NCBI GenBank assembly: GCA_965217585.1
Contig: OZ244561.1
Location: 6,592,001 to 6,656,000 of the forward strand
Length of the DNA: 64,000 bases
Source: Candidatus Latescibacterota bacterium
Lineage (GTDB): Bacteria; Latescibacterota; UBA2968; UBA8231
Direction: 5' to 3'
Both the position numbers and the translations under genes were made by a program. Below are positions 40,800-51,854 of this stretch, one piece after another (positions within the stretch are counted from its first letter, which is position 1; each line of letters begins with the position of its first letter). The notes under the pieces were generated by a model, which did not search any database, was not told where the DNA came from, and saw only the letters and a program-made list of their open reading frames with translations.

Positions 40800-43700
40800 T
40801 TAAGAAGCGCCTTGAGCGCGAAACTCCGTCAGCAAGCGCTCGGCTCGCTGCTTGGCTTGGACAGCCGACGCCTCTTTTACCTGCTCATACCCGCGAATGT
40901 CGTCCGGCAACTCGGCGATTTCTACGGCCTGCCCATAGCTTTCTTCGGCCAATACCGGCAAGACCTCTTCAATCAACCCGCAGTACCAACCCACCAAGGC
41001 GCGCTCCAAGCGGCGTCCCGCCGTGTACCCGAACGGGTCCAGACGCGTACCGCGCAACCCCTTCAGCCGACTCAGCAGCACCAGCGCCGGACGCAGGCCC
41101 TTGCCAAAACCGATCTTGCCCTTGAGCAAGCGCCGCAGCGTGGGCGGATGCAGTTGCCGGACGATTTCCACCTCCCCGTCGAACAGGGCGCGCATCCGCT
41201 CTTCGCTGCCGTTGTGCGTCGCCAACCGCGCGACTTCGTATTCGTCCTTGTATGCCATCAGCTTGTACAGGCCCCGCACCACGGCCCGCGTGAGCTGCAA
41301 GCCGCGTGAAAAGCCTCGATCGACTTCCCACACTTGGTGCACAAACTGTAAGTACCGCTGGGCATAGGCGACGTCCTGATACGCGCACAGCTCGGCTAGC
41401 CGCACCCCCAGTTCTTTCTGTCCCTCCGCATTCAAACCCGCCAACGCCGCCAAACCCTCGTCGAGCAGCGCCCGCGCCGCCGCGTCAGGCGCTAGCCGTT
41501 CCTGCACCTCGGCCAACGTTTGGCCCGCGGACACTTGCTGAGTCCCCAACGCCCGCTCCACCCGCGCCGGATCGGCCACCGCCAAGCGCCCCCAGCGGAA
41601 AGCCTGCACATTGTTTTCCACGGCCTGCGCGTTTAGGGCAATGGCCCGCTCAATAGAGGCCGCTTCTAGGGGCAACACTCCGGCCTGATACGCAGCCCCC
41701 AACAGGAGCATATTGGCGAAAATTGTATCCGAAAAGAGCCGCTCGGCTAGCCAGTAGGTATCGAGGTAGATGTTGTCCTTGCCCGTGCAGCGGTCGATCA
41801 GAGCGCGCAGGCGGGCCGCGTCGGGAAAGGGCTGCGTGCGCGGGTTGCGATTCATCGCTGCATTGGCGATTTCAGCGGTGCAGACGAGGGCGCGAGTGCG
41901 CTGGGGCGCGGCGTATTTGAGATTGTCCGGCTCAGCCGCCCGCAGCAGGTCAAACCCCAAGTACAGATCGACTTCCCCAGGGAAGAGGCGGTTGAACACA
42001 GGCTGTTCGGCGGCGCTTATCACAATCGGCGCTTCGACCGGCCCGCCCTTTTGCGCCAAGCCGGTGTTGTTGGACAAATACATGTATTTGCCCTCCATCA
42101 TGGCTGCGTACGCAATGAGATGAGAAATCGTCACCACGCCCGTCCCGCCCCGTCCCATAGCGAAGATCGCGTACGGCCGGTCCAGCGGGCACGCTGGCGG
42201 CTCTGGAAGTTCGTCCAAAGGCTCCGGGCGACGGCGGCGCAAGCGCGTGCCCTTGGCCGGCTTGACCACGGCAAAGGACGGGCACTCGCCGTCGATGCAC
42301 AGCCCGTCTTGCGCGCACTGGGCCTGCCGCACCTGCGTCTTGTCGCCAAATTCGGTCGCTACGCTGTAGAGCGCGGCGCAGCCTTCGGACTGAGCATAAC
42401 AGTCGCCGCAGCCCTCGCAAATGGCCTCGTCGATGAGCACGTATTCGTCGGGTGTCAAACCTTGGCGGCGGCGGCGACGGCCCTTCTCGGTGGCGCATTC
42501 CTTGTCGAGGATGAGCACAGTCGTCCCGGCAATTTCCTTAAACTGCTCAAGGGCTTCGGCGTGGCGCTCCAAGCCGAACACCTCGATCCGCTCCCCATCC
42601 AAGTGGCGATAGCGCGCGGGGTCCTCGCTGACGACCCCCACCTTCACGACCCCCAGCCCCAAAAGCTCCTGCACGACATCCGACACCGGCCGCTCACCCC
42701 CGGGCGTCTGCCCGCCAGTGAGCGCGACCGCCCCGTTGAAAAGCAGCAGAAAGGTAATGTTCACCTCGCCTTGGATGCAGCTTTGGATCGCGCCGCGACC
42801 GCTGTGGAAATAGCTCCCGTCGCCCAAGTACTGGTAGATGTGCTGGTTGCCGTTGAAGGGTGCCCAACCGCTGTAAATGGACCCACCCGCCCCCATCGTG
42901 GGGATGTAGAGAACGCCGGAGTCGTAGGCTTCAATCGCCCGGATGGAGGAGCAGCCAATGGCCCCTCCCGGCTTTTCGCGCAAGTCGCGGAAGGTGTTGT
43001 ACGGACAGCCGCCGCAGGACATGGGCGTGACGCGGGGCACGGACGGATAGGTGCGGTCGAGTACGCGCTGCAGCTCGGCGAGGCGCTCGGGGGCCACCCC
43101 CAGACGCGGGCCGAGCTTGAGCGCCAATTCCTCGGGATCGACTTCGCCATGCGCCGGAATCAGCGGCTGCCCGTCCTCGTCCCACTGGCCGTACACTGCC
43201 TCCACAGCCGTTCCCCACAGCGCGGCTTTGACGCCCTCTTCGACAAAAGGACCTGGCTCCTCGACCACGTAGATGCGCCGCAGTCCACGGGCGAATGCAC
43301 GCACGATTTCGTAGTCGAGCGGGTAGCTCACCGCGAGGTGCAACACCGGCACCCGCAGCCCCAAGTAGGAGAGGGCCTGCCGCACGTCCGCGTAGCTCTT
43401 GCCCACGGCCACGATGCCGACCCTGCCGCCCGCGTCCGCATCCACGATGCGGTTGAGGTCGTTGGCGCGGACATACGCTTCCACCAGTGGCCACTTCTCC
43501 TCCACGAGTTGCTGCTGCATGGGCAATGCGCCCGTAGCCATGACGATCTGGTTGAAGCGCTTGGCAAACGCGCGCTCGGGCAAGGCGATGTCTGGCCGCA
43601 CACGGCCCAAGTCAACCGTACTCGCGCCATCGCACACCGGCGTCGCCAGCTTGAGCGCGGTTACCACGCCCGCGTGGCGCGACAAGGCGACCGCGTGCAA

Positions 43701-44225
43701 CCCCAAGCGAATGACGTCCTCGACGCTGGCCGGATAGAAAATCGGCACCATGCTGCTGCGCAACACCCAATCGCTGGCTCCGGGCGAGACCGAGCTTTTG
43801 GAGCGGTGATCTTCTCCCGACAGCAGGACCATGGCGCCGCGTGCGCCGGTGCCGCTGAGGTTGGCCAACCACACCTCGTCGGGAATCCACATCGTGCCGT
43901 GCGCCTTGCCATACCAGAAGGCATCCACGTCCCCACTCGCCGCAAACTGGCTGCCCAATATGGCGGAGGCCGCGGTTTTTTCGTTGATGCCGAACTGGTG
44001 CACCGTGCGCCCTAACTCGTTGAGCACGTCGAGCTGGGCGACTAGCTTCAGGTCCAGTCCCCCCAGCGGCGACCCCTCATAGCCGGTGAAATAAGTCTGG
44101 TTGACGTGGCCGCTGGCTTGATCGCGCTCCTGTTTTTCGCGCACCAGACGCACAATCGCCTCCATGCCCGTGAGAAAAACCCGGCCATCGCGCTGTAGAA
44201 ATTTGTCCTGAATGTCTAGCTTCAT
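40800..44225 (-). CDS. indolepyruvate:ferredoxin oxidoreductase family (fused alpha/beta)
   Basis: TGYEGSPLG, CGGCP, GDGSYFHSG, CEGCGDC, GLAQKGG, YKLMAYKDEYEVARL. Confidence 0.92.
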   Translation of the reverse strand: MKLDIQDKFLQRDGRVFLTGMEAIVRLVREKQERDQASGHVNQTYFTGYEGSPLGGLDLKLVAQLDVLNELGRTVHQFGINEKTAASAILGSQFAASGDVDAFWYGKAHGTMWIPDEVWLANLSGTGARGAMVLLSGEDHRSKSSVSPGASDWVLRSSMVPIFYPASVEDVIRLGLHAVALSRHAGVVTALKLATPVCDGASTVDLGRVRPDIALPERAFAKRFNQIVMATGALPMQQQLVEEKWPLVEAYVRANDLNRIVDADAGGRVGIVAVGKSYADVRQALSYLGLRVPVLHLAVSYPLDYEIVRAFARGLRRIYVVEEPGPFVEEGVKAALWGTAVEAVYGQWDEDGQPLIPAHGEVDPEELALKLGPRLGVAPERLAELQRVLDRTYPSVPRVTPMSCGGCPYNTFRDLREKPGGAIGCSSIRAIEAYDSGVLYIPTMGAGGSIYSGWAPFNGNQHIYQYLGDGSYFHSGRGAIQSCIQGEVNITFLLLFNGAVALTGGQTPGGERPVSDVVQELLGLGVVKVGVVSEDPARYRHLDGERIEVFGLERHAEALEQFKEIAGTTVLILDKECATEKGRRRRRQGLTPDEYVLIDEAICEGCGDCYAQSEGCAALYSVATEFGDKTQVRQAQCAQDGLCIDGECPSFAVVKPAKGTRLRRRRPEPLDELPEPPACPLDRPYAIFAMGRGGTGVVTISHLIAYAAMMEGKYMYLSNNTGLAQKGGPVEAPIVISAAEQPVFNRLFPGEVDLYLGFDLLRAAEPDNLKYAAPQRTRALVCTAEIANAAMNRNPRTQPFPDAARLRALIDRCTGKDNIYLDTYWLAERLFSDTIFANMLLLGAAYQAGVLPLEAASIERAIALNAQAVENNVQAFRWGRLAVADPARVERALGTQQVSAGQTLAEVQERLAPDAAARALLDEGLAALAGLNAEGQKELGVRLAELCAYQDVAYAQRYLQFVHQVWEVDRGFSRGLQLTRAVVRGLYKLMAYKDEYEVARLATHNGSEERMRALFDGEVEIVRQLHPPTLRRLLKGKIGFGKGLRPALVLLSRLKGLRGTRLDPFGYTAGRRLERALVGWYCGLIEEVLPVLAEESYGQAVEIAELPDDIRGYEQVKEASAVQAKQRAERLLTEFRAQGAS

Positions 44226-44345
44226 AAGAGGCTCTTGAGGCTACGTCCTCCCGTAGCTCTTGTCCGTTATGCTATATTCTATAATATAATAGACAACAGC
44301 GCCGCAGACGCACGCCAACCTTTAATCCACAACGTAGAGCTAACA

Positions 44346-44633
44346 ATGGCCGAAACGATTGACGAACTCACCATCCACTACGAGGAAGACGGCAAAGTCT
44401 TGCGCAAAGAAGTGGCCAAGGAAGTGCTTAGCAAGGGGGCTTGGTCGACGATCATGTACCTCTACCAAGACCTCAATCGCCAAACCGGCGAGTACGGCCC
44501 GCGCAAAATATCCATTCGCCGCTACCAGAAGCACGACGGGACCTTCCTGCAGCGCAGCAAGTTCGATGTATCAAGCCTTGCCCAAGCGCGCGCGATCTGC
44601 AGCAAGATACAGGACTGGTTCCCCGCAGAATAG
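44346..44633 (+). CDS. hypothetical protein
   Basis: MAETIDELTIHYEEDG...KGAWSTIMY...IRRYQK; codon usage matches the host. Confidence 0.7.
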   Translation: MAETIDELTIHYEEDGKVLRKEVAKEVLSKGAWSTIMYLYQDLNRQTGEYGPRKISIRRYQKHDGTFLQRSKFDVSSLAQARAICSKIQDWFPAE

Positions 44634-44642
44634 ACGCGCCGC

Positions 44643-45788
44643 TCACCCTGCTGTGCTAGCGACCTTCACTGGCACGCGATGCCAGCCCGTGCGGCCATCG
44701 TACAGATCGGCTCCGGCATCGGTCCTCGGCTGCACGTCCCCCGCGCTATCCGCTGCCCGCGCGACGATCTCGTACTCGCCCGACGCGGGCAATTCCCATT
44801 CGTAGGCCCACGTGACCCAAATATTGGGCAAGCGCTGCGTGGTAATCTGCGCCTCGGCCCAAGATCGCCCGCCATTGGTGCTGACCTTGACCGATTCGAT
44901 CGTGCGCTCGCCGGCCATGGCGATCCCGTGGATGACAAAAGGGCTGCCTTCGACCCCGCGAATGGTTTGCAGCACCATTGAAACGCCGCCGTTGGCCGGG
45001 TCTTTCACATCGTCCCACACCGAGAGGGGTGCGTCAATCCGCGAGTTCACAGTCGCCACGGCCGGGTCCGACCACTTGAAGGACTTGTTCTCGGGCTTGC
45101 TCTCCCAGTAGCCGAGATAGGCTTCGTCGATCAGCTCGATGCGGGTGATCCATTTGGGCATCTTCTGGCCGTAGTGCCCGGGGTTTATCAAGCGCAGGGG
45201 AAACCCGTGCTTAGAGGGCAGCGGCTCGCCGTTCATTTCCCAAGCGAGGAGCACCTCGTCGCGGAGCGCGCGCTCCAGTGGAATCGACGTGGTATAGCCA
45301 TCAACGCTGTAAAACTTGACCCGGATCGCCTCGCTCTTGATCTCGGCTAGGTCGAGTACCTCAGACAGCGGCGTGCCGCCCCATTCGGCATTGCCCACCA
45401 ACGGCCCGCCGATCCAGTTGCCAATGCACTGCATGGTCAAGACCTGCCGATTCATGGGCAGCGCGGTAATATCCGCGTATGTCCAGCCCGCGTGGACTTG
45501 CTCCACCAACCCATCCACCACCAAGCGCCAGCTATCGGCCACCAAGCCCGGATCGTAGTTGGTCCCTTTAATCGACTGGAGATAGTGCCGTGCATTGGGA
45601 GTAATCGGCGGCAGAGGTAGCGCCCCTTCCTCGGGCATCTCCTCCATATCCATAATGTCCATGTCCGGCCCGGTCGGCATGCTTTTAAAGCGCACCTCGT
45701 TGCTGTCGCAACCCCAAGTGGGGAGGATCGCGGTGGCGATAACAGCCCCGCTCGACTTGAGAAACTGACGCCTAGTTGATCTGTTCAT
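44643..45788 (-). CDS. Tat-exported molybdopterin oxidoreductase (sulfite oxidase/SoxC family)
   Basis: TRRQFLK, MQCIGN, GNAEWGG, HGFPLRL, YGQKMPKW, Mo-co dimerisation domain. Confidence 0.88.
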   Translation of the reverse strand: MNRSTRRQFLKSSGAVIATAILPTWGCDSNEVRFKSMPTGPDMDIMDMEEMPEEGALPLPPITPNARHYLQSIKGTNYDPGLVADSWRLVVDGLVEQVHAGWTYADITALPMNRQVLTMQCIGNWIGGPLVGNAEWGGTPLSEVLDLAEIKSEAIRVKFYSVDGYTTSIPLERALRDEVLLAWEMNGEPLPSKHGFPLRLINPGHYGQKMPKWITRIELIDEAYLGYWESKPENKSFKWSDPAVATVNSRIDAPLSVWDDVKDPANGGVSMVLQTIRGVEGSPFVIHGIAMAGERTIESVKVSTNGGRSWAEAQITTQRLPNIWVTWAYEWELPASGEYEIVARAADSAGDVQPRTDAGADLYDGRTGWHRVPVKVASTAG

Positions 45789-45798
45789 GACAACTCCT

Positions 45799-46611
45799 TC
45801 AGCGAATGAGGGCTAACCCCATGCCCAACGACGACCCGGCCCCAATGTTCTCGCCCTTGAAAACCATCTTCCACAACAAGTCAATCCACAGCGGGCCAGC
45901 CACCTGCACGGCCACATTGCCACCCACTTCGGCGAAATCGCCTTCCGAGACCTGCACTACTCCGACTAGCCCACCCTCCGAGTCTGCCGCGAGGGTGTAC
46001 ACACTGGCGACAAATCCCTTGGCGAACAGCCACGGAAGCGGCGTGGCCCCTAACTCGACAAAATAGGACACCTGGTTGGAAAACGGGCCGCCGCGCAGCT
46101 TGTACCCCACCTCACCACCCGCGTAGAGCGGCAGCGGATAGAGCGACAGCCCCGCCAAGAGTCGCGCGCCCTGTTCGGAATAACCGGTACCAAGGGCCGG
46201 GTCGTACTCTCGGTCGTACCCGCTAGGAAACGCGACATCAACCTGCGGCGACAGCACCAGCCTACCCTCGGTGAGTTGGTACTTCGCGCCCAGATGCACG
46301 TCGCCCAGCCCCCAAGTGATGCGCTCGACAAAGCTATCCTCAGACACCAGCCTCCCCGCGCCGACCTGCCCGGTCAACGTCAGCCGCTCGCGCAACCCGT
46401 ACTCGCCATATACGAGGAGCTGGCGAGCGCGGAATTGGTTGTCGTCCATGCCCATAGAGGCGCGTTTGCCCATATCGTTGAAGACCTCGGCGGTCGAGTA
46501 GTGGATCCCCGAGAGCTTGGCGTAGTAGCCTCCGCGGGGCTGGCTCCAAGCCCCCGCCCATACCTCCCCTGCCCAACACAGGGCCAACAGGCCCGTTGCT
46601 AACCAACGCAT
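45799..46611 (-). CDS. outer-membrane beta-barrel-like protein
   Basis: Signal peptide, AGAWSQPRG, YGEYGL, GLGD, alternating beta-strand pattern. Confidence 0.6.
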   Translation of the reverse strand: MRWLATGLLALCWAGEVWAGAWSQPRGGYYAKLSGIHYSTAEVFNDMGKRASMGMDDNQFRARQLLVYGEYGLRERLTLTGQVGAGRLVSEDSFVERITWGLGDVHLGAKYQLTEGRLVLSPQVDVAFPSGYDREYDPALGTGYSEQGARLLAGLSLYPLPLYAGGEVGYKLRGGPFSNQVSYFVELGATPLPWLFAKGFVASVYTLAADSEGGLVGVVQVSEGDFAEVGGNVAVQVAGPLWIDLLWKMVFKGENIGAGSSLGMGLALIR

Positions 46612-47759
46612 TTCCCGACCCCTTTCTGCGGTACAATCCGCTCGTAGAGTGCTAACAGTTTCTCGGCCTCGGCTTCCCAGTTAAAATGCTCTTCAGCGGC
46701 TCGCCGCGCCTGCGCCCCCTTGGCCTGCGCTGCCACCGGATCGTCGAGCAAGCAGCCGATGGCGCGCGCGTGAGCGACCGGGTCGCGCGGATCCGCGAGC
46801 AGGCCCCAATCCGCGACCTCGTGAAACCTGCGTATGGAAGGTAAATCACTGGCGACTACGGGTAAACCGCAGGCGAGGTACTCAAACAGCTTGGTCGGCA
46901 CGAAGGAGGCCAAATTCTTGGGCGAGATCTGCCCCGGCACCAAGCCGATCTGGCACGCGGCGATCGCCGCCCCCAATTCGTCGTACGGCACGCGCTTTTC
47001 ACTGTAGTGTATCTGCTCTTCCAGCCCCCACTCGCGCCGGCGGGCCTCAAACCGCTCCCGCAGCTCCTGCGAGTGAAACGCCCCGACGCTCAAAAGGCGG
47101 GCCTGCGGATGGGTCTTGGCCAGTTCGCGCATGATTTCGAGTAAGAACAGTCCGCCCCGGTCTTCGGATAGCGAGCCAATGTGAACCAGTGCGCAAGGCC
47201 CTCGCTTGCCGCGGCTAGGAGAAAACCACTCCAAGCGAGGGTAGTTTTTCACTACCGCAAAGGGGCGGCTGGCAAAGCGCTCGCCTTGCTCCTCAACCAC
47301 CCCGACCACGGCCGTGACAAAGTAGCGCGCGAGCAAGCGTTCCCCCCAATCAACCAACCGCGAGAGGGGCTGCCGCAGCCGCTCGGGCACCCACGGCCGC
47401 ACCATGGCCACCAGTGGGAAGTGCTCGTGTACGTCGTAGATGACCCGACGACCGCAGAGCCTGAGCACCGCACCCACCGGCAACAACTCGGGGTCGTGGA
47501 AGTGGAAGCAATCGGCGTTCGCGCCCAGCCCAGCCCGCAGCAAGCGCCACAGGTTCAACAGCCGCTGGCCGACCCCTCGCGCCACTGGCACGGTTTGCAC
47601 GCGCACCCCGGCCCGCGCCCCACACCACGCCTCCGGCCCTGGCCCCACTACCGTCACCGCGTATCCGGCACGCGCCAAGGTCTGCGCTTGCTTGTAGAAA
47701 ATCCGCGCGTCAAACGGGCTGTGGACATTCGTCAGGTGGTACACCTCAGGCGCAGCCAA
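46599..47759 (-). CDS. GT4 glycosyltransferase
   Basis: HSPFDARIFYK, HFHDPELL, YDVHE, PTKLFEYLACGLPVV. Confidence 0.88.
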   Translation of the reverse strand: MAAPEVYHLTNVHSPFDARIFYKQAQTLARAGYAVTVVGPGPEAWCGARAGVRVQTVPVARGVGQRLLNLWRLLRAGLGANADCFHFHDPELLPVGAVLRLCGRRVIYDVHEHFPLVAMVRPWVPERLRQPLSRLVDWGERLLARYFVTAVVGVVEEQGERFASRPFAVVKNYPRLEWFSPSRGKRGPCALVHIGSLSEDRGGLFLLEIMRELAKTHPQARLLSVGAFHSQELRERFEARRREWGLEEQIHYSEKRVPYDELGAAIAACQIGLVPGQISPKNLASFVPTKLFEYLACGLPVVASDLPSIRRFHEVADWGLLADPRDPVAHARAIGCLLDDPVAAQAKGAQARRAAEEHFNWEAEAEKLLALYERIVPQKGVGKCVG

Positions 47760-48453
47760 AAAGCACCTCCCTGCTTTGCGGGCCGCAATTAAAAAGCAAA
47801 TCCAACACCGACATCTCGGCGACAAAACCCGCCTGACACTGGGGGTACACCGGGTGTTCAAACTCGGTAAAGCGGCATTCAAGGCCGGCCGCGGCAAATG
47901 CCTCAGCGTCCAAATACGCCTTCGAGGCCCCTTCTCCCGCTAGGTACACCTGACAGTCACACGACTTGGTCATATCCACCAAGCGCAAGGTCCGCTCGTT
48001 GCGCAGGTCCATCTGCGAGCTGAAGCGGACTTCGACCTCCAAGTCCAAGAGCTGTAACAAGTGGCGCAGCAGGGCCACGTTTAAGTCGATCAATTGGGTC
48101 CACGCACTCGCGTAGAGGGCCTCTATGGCTGGGGCGTACGCGTCGAAAAAGGGCGCGTGGCCGTAGTGCCAGCGCAGGGCTTGGCAGTGCTTGCGCCGCC
48201 AATCGCCGTCGGGCTGGATCTGGACATCGCATATTCGCTGCTGGCCTCGGCCCCGCGTCAGCACCGGCACGGTCAGCCATTGCCAGCCGGAGACCGTGCG
48301 AATGCGGTTGCGGTTGGTCAGGCTGCCGCGGCTGTATTGCACATCGTCGGCCAAGACCCACACATCGGCCTGTCCCACCTTGTAAAACAAGCCCAGCCAA
48401 GGCAGAAAGTTGGGCTGATGTGCTGCCAACACCCGGCTCATCAGCGCACCCAC
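47746..48453 (-). CDS. WbqC-family protein
   Basis: HQPNFLPWLG, NRNRI, WLTVPV, SVLDLLFNCG. Confidence 0.9.
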   Translation of the reverse strand: MGALMSRVLAAHQPNFLPWLGLFYKVGQADVWVLADDVQYSRGSLTNRNRIRTVSGWQWLTVPVLTRGRGQQRICDVQIQPDGDWRRKHCQALRWHYGHAPFFDAYAPAIEALYASAWTQLIDLNVALLRHLLQLLDLEVEVRFSSQMDLRNERTLRLVDMTKSCDCQVYLAGEGASKAYLDAEAFAAAGLECRFTEFEHPVYPQCQAGFVAEMSVLDLLFNCGPQSREVLFGCA

Positions 48454-49073
48454 CTGAGTACGTCAAACGCCTCGGCGTACTCCACCATAATCTGCCCACC
48501 CCTGGTCCGCGCCCAGCTCCATATAAAATCCTCTTGGGTGTACGAACGATGCTGCTGCGACTGGTAGCAGCGCAGCGCGGCGACCTTGGTCTGCACGTGC
48601 GCGCGGGTGAGTATGCAAAAATGTCGGTAGTCAAAGCTCAAGTTGTTCCACGGCAGCTCGTAGCCGAGCACTGTGACCGTCTTGAAGGCGCGCAGGCCCT
48701 CAAGGTGAATGGTCTGGTGGTCTTGGTGCAGGTCTTGGGCGCTGGGCAAGAACACGGTTGCTGGGTCAATTTCTCTTTTCATCCTCACCAGCTCTTCGAG
48801 GATTTCTTGGCGCATGTGGGGCAGGTGGCGCACTCTGTACTTATAGACCAGCAGGTTCGCCGCAGGGATCCCGAGGACCTTCGTGCCCTCACGCACCTCC
48901 TTCTCCAGAATGTCCGGCGGAAAGGGCGGCGGCACCGACTCGGCCGCCGTGGAAAAGGCCGCGTAGTACACCTCGCGGCCCTCTTCCACCATGCGGCTGA
49001 TCGTCCCCCCACAGCCGAGCTCGCCATCGTCCGTGTGCGGCGCGAGCACCAAGACTCGGTCATTTATGGGCAC
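48441..49073 (-). CDS. PIG-L/LmbE-family deacetylase
   Basis: APHTDDGELGCGG, DLHQDH, YQSQ. Confidence 0.9.
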   Translation of the reverse strand: MPINDRVLVLAPHTDDGELGCGGTISRMVEEGREVYYAAFSTAAESVPPPFPPDILEKEVREGTKVLGIPAANLLVYKYRVRHLPHMRQEILEELVRMKREIDPATVFLPSAQDLHQDHQTIHLEGLRAFKTVTVLGYELPWNNLSFDYRHFCILTRAHVQTKVAALRCYQSQQHRSYTQEDFIWSWARTRGGQIMVEYAEAFDVLRWVR

Positions 49074-50229
49074 AGGTATCTCCTTCCTCCTCGGCCAATA
49101 CTTCCGCCAAGCCGCAGCACACCCTTTCCACGGCCTCGTCGCTCAATCCCGGGAACATCGGCAGGGTCACTATCTGCGCTAGCACGGCCTCAGCAACGGG
49201 AAAATCCCCGGGGCCATAGCCCAACTCTCGCTGGTAAAACGGCGTCAGGTGGCACGGCGGCCAGTACACACTGCCCGCTTCAATCCCCCAGCGCTCGCGC
49301 AACGCGGCGACCACCTCTTCACGTCTTTTTCCGGCGGGCAAGCGCACGGGAAACTTGTAGTACGCGTGTACGCGGCCGGCGAATTCCGGCAAGAGCACAT
49401 CGCCGCACCCCAAGCGTGCGAGCGTGCGCCGGTAGCGGGTGGCGAGGCGGTTGCGCGCGGCTGTGTGCTCGGCCAGCCGGGCCAATTGCCGCAAGCCAAG
49501 CGCCGCGCTCAGCTCGGGCAAGCGGTAGTTGTGGCCCAAGCGCTCCAACAAGCGGCCCTTTGCGCTCACCCCGTGCGTGCGGAAGCTCCGCGCAAAGTCT
49601 GCTAAATCGCGGTCGTTGGTGCTCAACATGCCCCCCTCGCCCGTCGTCAGCGGCTTGGTCGGAAAAAAGGAAAAGCCCGCGGCATCGCCCAAACTCCCGG
49701 CTGGCTGGCCGTCGGCTCTAGCGCCGTGGGCGTGGGCCGCGTCTTCGAGCAGCAATAGCCCGCGCGCGCGGCAAAACGAGCGAATGGCCTCGATGTCGGG
49801 CGCAATTAAACCGGCGATGTGGACCGCGACTACGGCCCGCGTCTTTTCCCCGACCTGTGCCTCGATCTGCGGTAGGCCGCTCGACAGAGTCTGTGGGTCG
49901 ATGTCGCAGAGGACGGGCCGTCCTCCGGCCAGCAGCGCGGCGTTGGACGAAGCAATAAACGTATTCGTCGGCACCACCACCTCCCACCCTTCGACCCCCC
50001 AATGGCGCAAGGCCACCTCCAACGGCGCGGTCCCCGAGCTCATGCCCACGGCGTGTTCCGTGCCCACATACGCGGCAAACTCCTGCTCAAACCGCTCCAA
50101 GTAAGGCCCCATCGTCAGACGTCCGCTGCGGAGGATCTGGGCAAAATCCTCGAGCAGCGCGGCCACGTCCTCTTCGGGGATACAGGGCCTTGTCTGGGGC
50201 ACTTTAGCAGGCGGCACGGTCGCGCCCAT
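49060..50229 (-). CDS. DegT/DnrJ/EryC1/StrS sugar aminotransferase
   Basis: [28 protein letters not shown]. Confidence 0.92.
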   Translation of the reverse strand: MGATVPPAKVPQTRPCIPEEDVAALLEDFAQILRSGRLTMGPYLERFEQEFAAYVGTEHAVGMSSGTAPLEVALRHWGVEGWEVVVPTNTFIASSNAALLAGGRPVLCDIDPQTLSSGLPQIEAQVGEKTRAVVAVHIAGLIAPDIEAIRSFCRARGLLLLEDAAHAHGARADGQPAGSLGDAAGFSFFPTKPLTTGEGGMLSTNDRDLADFARSFRTHGVSAKGRLLERLGHNYRLPELSAALGLRQLARLAEHTAARNRLATRYRRTLARLGCGDVLLPEFAGRVHAYYKFPVRLPAGKRREEVVAALRERWGIEAGSVYWPPCHLTPFYQRELGYGPGDFPVAEAVLAQIVTLPMFPGLSDEAVERVCCGLAEVLAEEEGDTCAHK

Positions 50230-50429
50230 CTCCCTGCGCCAGCGACGGGCCTAGCGCGCTCCCCACCAAACCACCGACTCCTAGCACCAATATCTTCACC
50301 GCAAAAGCTCCTCAGTCAATTGTGAATGCACTGCAACATAACACAAATACACAAGCGCGTTTCCAGCAAGAGAGACGCGCTACGCCTTCTTCCTTTGACA
50401 AACAGGGCCTCGCGTTTAATTTTTGGAGC

Positions 50430-51566
50430 ATGAATCCAACGACGAGAAATCTCACCCGCGAGGTGCAAATCGGCCGCACGACCATCGGCGGAGACTACCC
50501 TATTGCCGTGCAAAGTATGGCCGCTACCCGCACCCAAGACATAGAAGCCACAAGCCGCCAACTCCGGCTCTTAGCCGAGGCCGGGGCGGACGTCATCCGC
50601 GTTGCCGTAGATAGCAAAAAAGACGTGGAGGCCCTCGCCCAAATCGCGCCGACTGTTGACGTGCCTCTGTCCGTGGATTTGCAGGAAAACTACCGGCTGG
50701 CCAGCCGCGTCGCGCCGCATGTGCAGAAAATTCGCTACAACCCCGGCCACCTCTATCACCACGAGCGAGACAAGCCGGTCGCCGACAAGGTTGCCTTTAT
50801 TGCCGACGAGGCCGCTAAGCACGATTGCGCCCTGCGCGTGGGGGTCAACTGCGGCTCAGTCGATCCGGCCCAAGCCGAGCGCTTTCCGGCCGAGGACTCC
50901 ATCTCGCCCATGATCGCCTCGGCCCTGCAGCACTGTGCCCTGCTAGACGACTTGGGCTTTACTCGCTATTGCGTCTCGCTCAAGGACTCCGATCCCGCCA
51001 AGGTCATTGCCGCCAACACCCGCTTTGCCCAAGAGCGACCCGATGTGCCGCTGCACCTCGGCGTCACCGAGGCCGGGATGCCTCCCGAAGGCGTAATCAA
51101 GACCCGCATTGCCTTTGAACAGCTCATCAGCGCCGGCATCGGCGACACCATTCGCGTCTCGCTGACTTTGCCTTTTGACGACAAGGGCGAGGAGGTCAAA
51201 GTCGGGCGGCAGATTCTCGATGACATCTACTCGGGCCGCTTCCGCTCGGTCCCCAAGTTGCTCCCAGCCGGGCTGAACATCATCTCCTGCCCCTCCTGCT
51301 CGCGAGTGGAAAACGAAGCCTTCATCGACTTAGCCCACCAAGTGCGCGAGCTAACCGCGTACGCCCGCGACCACCAGATCACCATCGCCATCATGGGCTG
51401 CCGGGTCAACGGCCCGGGCGAGACCGACGACGCCGACTTGGGGCTTTGGTGCGCCCCCAACTTCGTCAACCTCAAGCGCAAAACCCAACTCATCGGCCAA
51501 TTCCCGTACGACGGGGTCCTCGACGTGCTCAAAGAGCAAGTCGACGAGCTGATTGCCGCCGACTAG
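50430..51566 (+). CDS. ispG: (E)-4-hydroxy-3-methylbut-2-enyl-diphosphate synthase
   Basis: [48 protein letters not shown]. Confidence 0.95.
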   Translation: MNPTTRNLTREVQIGRTTIGGDYPIAVQSMAATRTQDIEATSRQLRLLAEAGADVIRVAVDSKKDVEALAQIAPTVDVPLSVDLQENYRLASRVAPHVQKIRYNPGHLYHHERDKPVADKVAFIADEAAKHDCALRVGVNCGSVDPAQAERFPAEDSISPMIASALQHCALLDDLGFTRYCVSLKDSDPAKVIAANTRFAQERPDVPLHLGVTEAGMPPEGVIKTRIAFEQLISAGIGDTIRVSLTLPFDDKGEEVKVGRQILDDIYSGRFRSVPKLLPAGLNIISCPSCSRVENEAFIDLAHQVRELTAYARDHQITIAIMGCRVNGPGETDDADLGLWCAPNFVNLKRKTQLIGQFPYDGVLDVLKEQVDELIAAD

Positions 51567-51624
51567 GCCCTCTTGCCGCGCTCTTAGCGGAGCGGGTGCA
51601 TCGTAGGAAATATCAAAAATAGCT

Positions 51625-51831
51625 ATGCAATACAGTGTCGTCATCGAAAGGACCGGTAACGGCTACTCAGCTTATGCGCCCGATTTGCCGGGCTGCATCG
51701 CCGCCGGAGATTCGCAGGTCGAAGTGGAGGAATTGATCCGCGAAGCGATCATCATGCACTTGGAATCGCTACGGGAGCACGGCGACCCAGTACCTGAACC
51801 GCAAACTTCCGTCGCCCTAGTCGAGGTATAA
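51625..51831 (+). CDS. hicB: HicB-family antitoxin (no hicA)
   Basis: YSAYAPDLPGCIAAG...IREAI..HLE.LRE.G.PVP.P. Confidence 0.88.
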   Translation: MQYSVVIERTGNGYSAYAPDLPGCIAAGDSQVEVEELIREAIIMHLESLREHGDPVPEPQTSVALVEV

Positions 51832-51854
51832 GCGTACACAAATAAGCGAAAGGC

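Noticed and set aside
40797-40812. TTTTAAGAAGCGCC resembling the cargo TIR
   Set aside because: Only a partial match that coincides with the IOR stop codon; no partner repeat or TSD.
42051-44015. Long antisense ORFs (654 aa here; also 48420-49721 and 19910-21160)
   Set aside because: They are shadows of well-supported opposite-strand genes in GC-rich DNA and carry no recognisable motifs.
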